Source: Lobosporangium transversale (taxonomy: Eukaryota). From it: a DNA stretch of 64,000 bases. Location of the stretch: contig NW_019028996.1 in assembly GCF_002105155.1 (NCBI RefSeq), positions 372,001 to 436,000 on the forward strand. The letters run 5' to 3'. Made by a program: the position numbers and the translations under genes. Within the stretch, counting starts at the first letter, position 1. Each line of letters starts with the position of its first letter. Of this stretch, positions 55,327 to 64,000 are shown piece by piece. The notes under the pieces were generated by a model that was not told the DNA's origin, made no database searches, and saw nothing but the letters and a program-made list of their open reading frames with translations.

Positions 55327-57084
55327 TTAAGCACAGGCTCCGGGAACGGTGTTCTTGAGATTAACAGTGTAATCGAGCTCACGCTTGAGAGATGAACAGA
55401 AGTCATCCATATGCAAGTCATTGGCGTCCTTGCCGAAGGGGTTCTCGATTTCACGACCGATGGCTTCGACACCAAAGAGTGTGAACGAGACTAAACACAT
55501 CAATGGAACTGTCAACCAGCCAAGAGCACTGATGAAGGTGAAAGGCAAGGCCAGACAGTAAAGATAAACAACTTGACGACTATTTTGAAGTAAGGTGGTA
55601 AATCAAACAAATTAGAATGTTCATTAGTTTAGAGAAAACTGAAATAAAACAGACAGTGACAAAGGAATTTCAATAAGATATTGACTTACAGATGAATGCT
55701 GTAGGCCAATGGAATGGGTGTGTAAACGATTCGTTCCATGTTTGTAAAGATGTCTACCATCGAGTTGATCGATGACAGCAAGTTTCCGATCAATGAGCTT
55801 TCGATCCTGCCTGCACGAGATTCAGTGATGACCCAGAGCGACAGCCCATGTGCAATCTCCAATGGTAATGACATCTGCCCATCCTCATTGCCTGCTACAA
55901 TATTCCAGGGTTCGGCGTCCTGTAGACGGTGGCGATCTCCTATGGCCTTGTCCTGGTAGGGCTTGAGTTCAACGTTTTCGTTGGCACAGGGTTCAAAATC
56001 TTCGGGTAACAAATTCTTGAGATCGTGGTGGCGAATGCCAAATTCTTGACGCAGATGGTGCTTGACTGAGACAGCAAATGCCAGCAATAGACGGATGACC
56101 AAGATCTTTTCGTGATCATCATCGAGATGTCGCTGTTGCTGTGGGCTGTTACCAATATCAATCAGTGTGGCGCTAGAGGCATTCTCTGTGCGACTTGTTG
56201 CGGTGTTTCCATGACAATGGCCATTATGGCTGCTGCTGCGAACAGAGTTTGTGGACTTTTTAGAGTTGGTACGGCCGAACAAATGGTAGTCTCGGAGGCG
56301 GACAGTACCGCCTGGAGAAACAAGGGTTTCATGACGATTCTCTTTCATGCCAACCCAGATCATTCGTGAGAAGTTGCGGATCTGGACATCAAGACTAGCC
56401 CACAGTTTGCGGCCTTCCCAGTATCGATCATAGGCTGTGTTGGTTCGGAAGGCTAAGATAAGACCCACGACGACAGACAACGCAGGGACTTTTTTTTTGT
56501 AATGAGAAGAGTTTAGTAACTTGTATACTCAAAGAAGTACAGGTTCATTTTGTCCAAGGTAAATACTATTAATGAGGGCGCAAAGGGACCTTACCAATCA
56601 TGTTGGGAATATTTAAGGAACCGTCAAAGAACTTTGAGTTTTCAAGGAAAATGACAAAGTAACTGAAGGAGGTGATGACAACCACATCCTTAATCACCGA
56701 GGGAATAACAGATCCGCGAAAACGAAGAGTATCTAGTTTTGAAAGAAAAGATCGGTTTAGTTTTTGTGTCATGTAACAGAGCATTTCACAAGATTTTTTT
56801 GGACAAAATTGGACAAAAAAAGCCATACGCGATACGCGATTTGACATTTGACACAACACAAATGAACACAGGCACAACAGATCTTCCCAAAAAAATAAAA
56901 ATAAAAAACCAGGTTTGATGCAGCCTTCCTTCAATTCTGCTGCGGTAGGTTATATTTTATAACAAGCAAAAAGTATTGATATGAGAATACAGAAAAAAAA
57001 AAACGAATACGAATCCATACCTGGGTATGTCCACAATGACCTGCGGTAATACTCAGCAGGACGCTTGAAGTATGTGCCGTGCAT
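55327..57084 (-). CDS. Bestrophin-like / UPF0187 (RFP-TM) anion channel, multi-exon
   Basis: LRFRGSVIP, LILAFRTNTAYDRYWEGRKLW, ERIVYTPIPLAYSIHL, IGREIENPFGKDANDL. Confidence 0.92.
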
Positions 57085-57452
57085 AGTGAATAAATGAGTA
57101 GACGAATAAGTGTAGATAAGAGGAGAGTAAACGAAGTGGTGTATCAGAGGTATGAGGAGTATCAGAGAAAGAAGACAAGGGCGGTGGAAGAGCAAAGGAA
57201 AAAGAAGAAGAGAAAAAAAAAAAGAGGAAGTTGAGGCGATTTATAAAGGTTTTCTCTTAAAAAAAAAGAAAGTTGGTTTCCTGAGCAAGGATGTTTCCTA
57301 TATGCTGTTAAGAAGAGGGGCGTTTGAAAAATAAAAGAGGAATGCCTTACTCCTAACAGTTTTATTGAAGGGAAGGAGGCGAACCAAGGATGGGAATAAA
57401 GACTAGCTCACCCGCTGTCTTTTTTTGCCTCCTTGTCTCTTTGATAGCAATC

Positions 57453-57487
<35 letters not shown>

Positions 57488-59408
57488 TGATACACTTTAA
57501 GCACCTTTACGCGCCCTCAATGTTTATTTTATTTTTTCTTGTTTGATCGAATTGGTTTTGCTTCGCCCGTGGCAACTAGATCAATATTATTCCCGCTAAG
57601 CTTTTGCCTGCGCCGTATTTTGCATATCCAAACTTCAGTTTAGCAACAGACAGCCCAAATCTTGTTTAATATTTTTTTTGTGTAATAGAGTATTATTGCA
57701 CTGCCTTTTGAGGATAGAATATGCATGACATGTGCATAATTATATATAAAATACCCTCCAGTCTACATGCTGGATGGCCCCGCCTCTAATGATGCCGGAA
57801 GCGTAAAAAAAAGTTCTGCTTATGCTAAAAAAAGAGGAAAATAAATAAATAAATAAATAAAGACAGAGGGTTGATAATTGCCATTTTGGCCATCTCTTTT
57901 TTCTTCTGTCACTTTGGTTCATTAGCATGGCAGATGTAAACTAAAATGCATTGAAAGGATAATAGTATTCGAAAACTCGGCTTACAAACATGTAAGACAA
58001 TGATCGAACAGTGCAGAGTCAATACCACCGCTCTGCACATCGTTTTTTTTTGTTGATATCACAGAAGTATACACATGTACTCTGGATGTGGTGAGACAAA
58101 AAAAAGTGTCTGCAAGCACTTTTCCCAAGCATCTTCCTTAGCATTATTCGATTCAGGTACATCCAAGCATAGGAGAAGGAAAGACAAGTTGGTGTGATCT
58201 GGATTACGGAAAATAATAATAATGCACAGGCACCAATTATTTCTTTGTATTCATTCACTTCACTAAAGACACAGCAACTAGCATGTTAATGTCAGACGAG
58301 CGAGGGCAAATCAGAGAGGAAAAACAAACGATGTTTTTTTTTTTTTTTTTTTTTTTTTTTCTTTTTCGCGTCATATAGAGAGTCAGGACTTAGTTTATGC
58401 TATCTTGGCAGTTATTAGGTTTATTCATTTAAATATTTGTATATAATTAATAATAGTATTATGATAGAGAAGAAAAGTAAAGATAGGAGAAAACGGCGAT
58501 TCCAGACAGATCTGTCTATTAATCAATCTGTCTAATCGTTGTCATCTCAACTTGGGATAGGGACTAGCATACTTTGTTGTTATTGTGCTGGAAAAAAAAA
58601 AGGCCAAAGATACCTTTGGCAGGGCAACTTTCTACGATACGATGGGTCTTGCTGTCATCGCTTGATTGTTTCTAAAAGAGTCCCCCTGTCAGTTTTGAGA
58701 TGTAGTTGTACGTCGCATATGTGGTCAAAAGAATGCCAACCATCACAACAGAGTCTAATATACAACGTTAGCAGAGAGAAAGAGAACAGCGTGAGATATA
58801 GTAAACAATAGCCAGGATGAATCCAAGTTCAGAAGCACACTGTTGTTTGATGTTGTACGAACAAAGTGAAAAAGGCCTTTGCTCATTCACAGCACATATC
58901 CACTTGTGAGTTTTGTGGTTTTTTTTTTTTTTTTTTTTTCATCACTTCATCATCACTTCATCATCTTGTCTTCTGGTTAACTACAGGATCAACAAAATGA
59001 ACTACGTACTAAAGACAGCCTTCTCCCATGGTTCGAGCATATACAGTCCAGTGGTGACTTCATAGCTGTAGTTGAGTTGTTTGACATAGCTTCGGAGACC
59101 CATGATGCTGATCTGGATGAGATTGTTGTTTAAATAGTTGAGCGTAAAAATGATGATGAATAAAAAAAAGGATTAGCGGCTGAACTCATTACCCTTTCAG
59201 AACTCTGCGCTTCCCAGTGACTGTTCTCCACAATACCCTCTTCAGAACATGATCTGGAAGTATATATCATCTGGATCCTTTCGATCTCTATTGCTGCAGT
59301 TTCGTTCCCATTTATTCATTGATTAGGCTTCAATGAACAAAGAGGGACCAAAGAGTAGATTAACCAAAACTGTCAAGAAGTTGGGCCATCGAATAAAATC
59401 ATTACAGA

Positions 59409-61110
59409 TGCTTTTTCGAGCAAATCCGAGAAGGACATCCCTGTTGTGAGTACTATGACATTGACTGGAAACTTACTACGGCCTCCAAGGGAAACGTTGA
59501 TCTCCCTTCACTCGAAGACGGCGCTAGCCCACCCGTCCCTAGCGAAGGCATCGATGCTATTGCGCGACTTGAAAAATAAGTGCTTGGTGAGTTTCTTGCT
59601 GCTCGCAACCAATATGCACCGGAATATCCCGTCACCGAGAATCAATGCCGAATCTTGACTTCATCCATTCATAAAAAGATATCATTGCATGTCATGATAC
59701 CAACATGTGCATTTGAGAACAATCACAGACACCTTCGAACATTCCTGCTTGACTCTTTCGATGATATCAAAGCTGATCAGGATCAGAATGAAGGTAAGCT
59801 GCTCAAGTACATTGATTCAGGTGTATACTCAAGAAGCAGAAGCATTCGATGTCTCAGAAGCTCGAAACTTAAAGACATGGTCAGACATTTCGTCCGTGCC
59901 CCATGGCACCAGGCATATATGGATGCATTGGATGGAGAACTTTTCATCACCAATGTTCGGTCTGATAGTACCAAAGTGGTATATCAGACTGTGGCTAACA
60001 GACGCTCACAACGCCAGCTCAATCAGATAACACAATCATCAACAACACCTGGAGATATGACGCAAACCTTCCAGTTGTCCTTATCTCATGTTGTTGCTGA
60101 TGCTGTCAAGGTATATTTGCGCAGTACAAGTATGCAAGCCAGTATAAGATGATGGAATACAGTGGCGGTATGATTTTCAAGCTGAGACGAGATCGTGCAG
60201 GTCAGTGTGATGTGTGTAAACGGATCCATGACAGAGACAATGCATTTTTGAAGCTTAGGATAGCCGGCAGGATTTACCTACACTATCATCGCTCAGAGGA
60301 TACCAGAAACTGCCGTGGAGATAGGCAGACTCGACTTTTGTCAGACTATAGAGGCCATGGCCAGACTCCCATTAGGAGACCCTTCTACTATATTGAATGC
60401 AGACACCACTTACAATGAGCGTTATGTCAAGCATACTTATCTATCGCCTCCCAAACGCAGCCATCGCGAGTTCAATATAGTGCAGAAACAACCCCCCAGT
60501 TTGATGATTCGATCTGATATAGGTACATTAAAAACAGTATTGGAAGAGCAACCCGTCAAGGCAGATAAGGGATCCAAATTCGTTGCAATCACATGCAGAC
60601 GAACGTTAGCCGATATGCTTACAGTGCGCCTCGTGTTCACTGACTACCGAGACATCAAGGGCAAGCAAGGCACAGGATGGTGACCAGGTAATGATGTATG
60701 AGACAGAAGAGTTGTTGAAGCTTAAAGTGTTAGACTTGTTGTAGGATCGCAAGCGTATCTGGATATTGAGCACACATAGCGCTGAAAATACTGAGTCACT
60801 ACAACAAATGCTCCAGGAAAAAGGTTTTCGTGGGATGTGCGTGACCAAGAATACATCGGAAGTTGACAAGCACAACATAGTCAAGAATAACAACAGCCAC
60901 ATGGCTAACCTTGACTACTTTATCCATGCTCCCAGTATCTCGATGGGTATTGATTACAATGTTGGGAATCGTGTAAACTATGTTATAGGATTCTTCAGCA
61001 CTCATAGTAAAGTCAATATGGAGACATGTGGACAGATGATGCGGTGTGTCAGGCATGTCAAGTCCAACACAACCTGGCTCACCTCGATAGAGCCACAAAC
61101 AATCTACTAA
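59409..61110 (+). pseudogene. Decayed PrimPol-type AEP primase-polymerase + Zn finger + UL9/origin-binding-protein-like SF2 helicase
   Basis: FFEQIREGHPCCEYYDID (motif I), KISLHV (SxH), IDSGVYSRSRSIR (motif III), CDVCKRIHDRDN, IRSDIGTLKT (degenerate Walker A), ITCRRTLA, APSISMGIDY, QMMRCVRHV; stops and frameshifts; no introns seen. Confidence 0.8.
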
Positions 61111-61402
61111 CTTCAGTCCAAGGTGTCCGTAATTAGATCATCAACTAGTACAGCATTATGAAAAGTGGAAAAAGAGGGTTTTTAGGACAAATTACATGCT
61201 AGCTATAGAGAAGGCCTCACGCTATTTGAGCATGACTTCTACAACCAACTGACAGCAATGAGTACCAGGCTGCATATGAGAAGCTCTCCAGCATCAAAGT
61301 CAAACTAAACCATGGTTGAGGTTTACTAGGGCTACAGGAGGCATTTTTATCTGCAGCTATTGTGCAGCCCAACATATTAGATACCGCAGATGAGACCATG
61401 AC

Positions 61403-61500
61403 CAGTGCTCCTATTCGAACTGAAATTTTGTCAATTATGATGTTTCAGATTAAAAAAATAAATATCAATTGACAAAATTTCAGTTCGAATAGGAGCACTG
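61403..61500. mobile_element. 98-bp hAT-type MITE
   Basis: Perfect 34-bp TIRs CAGTGCTCCTATTCGAACTGAAATTTTGTCAATT (61403-61436, 61467-61500); perfect 8-bp TSD ACCATGAC (61395-61402, 61501-61508). Confidence 0.92.
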
Positions 61501-61503
61501 ACC

Positions 61504-61680
61504 ATGACAGAGACAATGCACGAAGGGTACGAGGTTGCTAGAATATTAGACCGCCATGAAGATGACAATGACATGGAGTTTTTGGTTCAATGGAAAGGCT
61601 TTGAGGTTTCTGAGGCAACATGGGCAACTCTGCACCATTTCAACTACAAACAGTGCGTCCAAGACCAAAATCAACTTCTA
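61504..61680 (+). pseudogene. Chromodomain-coding fragment
   Basis: YEVARILDRH...EFLVQWKGFEVSEATW matches the chromodomain pattern YxVExI...Y/FLVKWKGY..E.TW. Confidence 0.8.
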
Positions 61681-62143
61681 GGGACTGGTTTTATGCATTT
61701 TCAAAAAATACCACGTTGCGCACGGACCAGACTGGTGGGTAGAGCGTCCTTTTTGTTACAAGTCTACTCACCGGATAAACATTTCACCGAGGTGGAACAA
61801 TGAAACGGATTCACAATTTTGAACAGAACAACTCTCATAGCTATGAATGAATGGACACTTGAGTGGATCGACAATAGCAATTGAAATAACACCTTTTGTG
61901 ATGCAGATGGCCTGCCAGGCACTGGCATCGTTTCAGCAAATGGAACATGCTCAAGCAGTGTGGCATTTTTTTAAAAAAGCAAACTTTATGAAGGATTTAG
62001 ACTCGGGGCAATGCTGAAATACGTATAATTTATCGCTACTAATCTAGACATTTATGCCACCCGTCCACTTGCATACGTCTTTACTGAGAGGTCAGTAAGC
62101 TACCTGGGATGTGCGTTCTTTGGGACCGATACACCTGTGCTGA

Positions 62144-63995
62144 CTAATTAATAAAATCATTCACCAAAACTTCTCTTGAGGTAAATGATCCTATATTAAT
62201 GGGAGGCATAGCTACTTCAGGGGCCCCAAAAAATTTGTTTTTAAGTTCCGTAGCATTGACATGGAGCAATTGTGGATATTTCTTAACGAGCCCAGTATGG
62301 TTCGGGATATTCAAACATCCACAAATATAGACAATTTTAAAGTCGTCAAGCTCATCTCCATCCCTTGTTAAGTGAAATAAATTTGTGTTAGAATCGATCC
62401 AGGCCCTGTGCACCCCTTCAAACGCACTATCCATATATACCTCAATTTGATTTCTATTTTCGATCGATTTTGTCTTGTCTTTCCCTTAGTCTGGGCGGCG
62501 AGGATCAGGGGGGTTGGAGGGCGCAAAGGCTTTCGTGATGATTGCTGAACTGTCGTCATGATCATCAAATTTTGATATCGAGACTTGAATAATGTCTTGT
62601 CGTAGACATAATCGAACCTCCCAGTACCCTTTGGAAACCTCCTGAGTGTATTTTCTCTAGTTCCTATAGACGGGTCCAAGACCATGTCAGAGGAACGGCA
62701 TCTTCTCCTCCCAGATTTGTTGTATTAAGGGTAAACCCTCTGTAAGAAACGAAAGTTTGGAACAACAAATCCTCGAACTCGTTGGGATCCAAGTTCCCAC
62801 CCCTCAGGGCATTAAAAGAATCTTTAGGGAGTGGCATCTTTCTATATATGTCGAGGAGAGCCTCCTTTGCCGGTGGACATAAGAAATAGTGCTCAACTCT
62901 CCTATTAATCCGACGTAGATAAATCAAGCTAAGATCAATGAACGGAGGCCCATGTACATGTACATCTGGGCGAAATAACGCAGAAAGAGCAGAACGCTGA
63001 GAATTTTGTTGGACCTCAGTGAGTATATGGAAGTATTCCTTTGATTTTTTATAGAATGTTTCGCACCGCGCCGATTCAAATCTGCCGATCTTTTGTTGAA
63101 TAGGTATCGTCATCAAGTCTGCTACCATCACTAATATAGTCTATTAATTTAACGACCTCTTGGGACATTATTGGTTACTCTCTTCACCTCCTTTTTTACG
63201 GTATTCCTCGATGGCAAGGTGCTCAAGGATAGGGTCTTGTCGAAGATATTGTTCGATAAAGGCCGAACAAACTCCACCCAGTCCTCGATATCATCCGAGA
63301 TGTAGACTCTTTCATATGAAGCATGTGCCGTCCCTGTGAAGACAACCCGAACGCCATTCACATCCTGGGGCCATAAAGTTAGGTGAATTAGTGGGTTCAA
63401 AAGGTCAGGCCATGACCAATTGTTCTTGCGGAAAAGTTCGCCATGTTCATCAATGATTATGAGAGTTTTCTTGCTCTTTTGACAAAGTATCTTGGACAAA
63501 ATTATCTCGGCGGCAAAAACTATGGGATCGTCCAGAGTTTTCGTGCAGTAACAACTTTTTAAGGTCTGAAGTAGCCAACAGGTCCTTATTAAGGACAAAG
63601 GATCGGAGGCATATTTCCTTAGCTGCTACAGCGACAGCCAAGTTAGCTAGTTCAGCGGCATTCGCGACATAAAGTGTTGACCAACCTTCTGCATACGCTT
63701 TTCTTGCAAGGAATATTGCAAGGGAGGATTTGCAGACGCCCATCGGTCCAGCCAATACCCTCTTGATTGATCTATTGCTATCCGCGGAGAATTTATTCCA
63801 CAGCTCCATCATCTGTTCAGTAATAATGAACGATTTGCCCTGGAAGCCTTTCCCATAGTGTTTTGGTTCTTGTCCAATATTTGGTAATTCGACTTGGTCG
63901 CCCACATCTTTTCCATCTAGTGTGGCTTTAAATTTTTTACGCGATTCTAACTTGAACCTGTCATCATTGAGCAATTCGATCAAAGTAGAATGCAA
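62144..63995 (-). pseudogene. Second frameshifted Crinkler-like NTPase + nuclease-fold paralogue (may continue beyond the window)
   Basis: VLAGPMGVCKSSLAIFLARKAYAEGW, IIDEHGELF, VFTGTAHA, TNNVPR, EFEDLLFQ, GRFDY, DDFKIVYICG; collinear with 19510-21320. Confidence 0.72.
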
Positions 63996-64000
63996 GGCTA

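Overview
Intron-rich eukaryotic DNA, most likely from an early-diverging fungus (Mucoromycota, Mortierellaceae-like; inferred from gene content, short GT-AG introns and long poly-A/T tracts). About 18 host genes are recognisable: RNR1, UTP12/DIP2, CBP20, SF3A2, PGM3/PCM1, PRE4, PET100, RPL3, VMA10, an APD1/AIM32-like protein, muskelin, INTS4, SRR1, YPK1/GAD8, a Shewanella-like phosphatase, a SAM-like protein, a membrane protein and a bestrophin-like channel. There is also one hypothetical gene and a tRNA-Leu(CAA). Several decayed accessory islands lie between these genes. (1) A Fanzor/TnpB-like RuvC nuclease relic has an N-terminal FEN1/XPG-type PIN domain and a hairpin array where an omegaRNA is expected (38.5-41.3 kb). 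(2) A 5'-truncated RNase H LINE sits just upstream of the tRNA and a Mutator-like MITE just downstream (50.6-52.8 kb). (3) A virus-like PrimPol + Zn-finger + UL9-type helicase relic is followed by a chromodomain and interrupted by a 98-bp hAT MITE (59.4-61.7 kb). (4) There are two frameshifted Crinkler-like NTPase-nuclease paralogues (19.5-21.3 and 62.1-64 kb). RNR1 appears to use a 3-nt microexon. All calls come from reading motifs by eye; no database searches were run.
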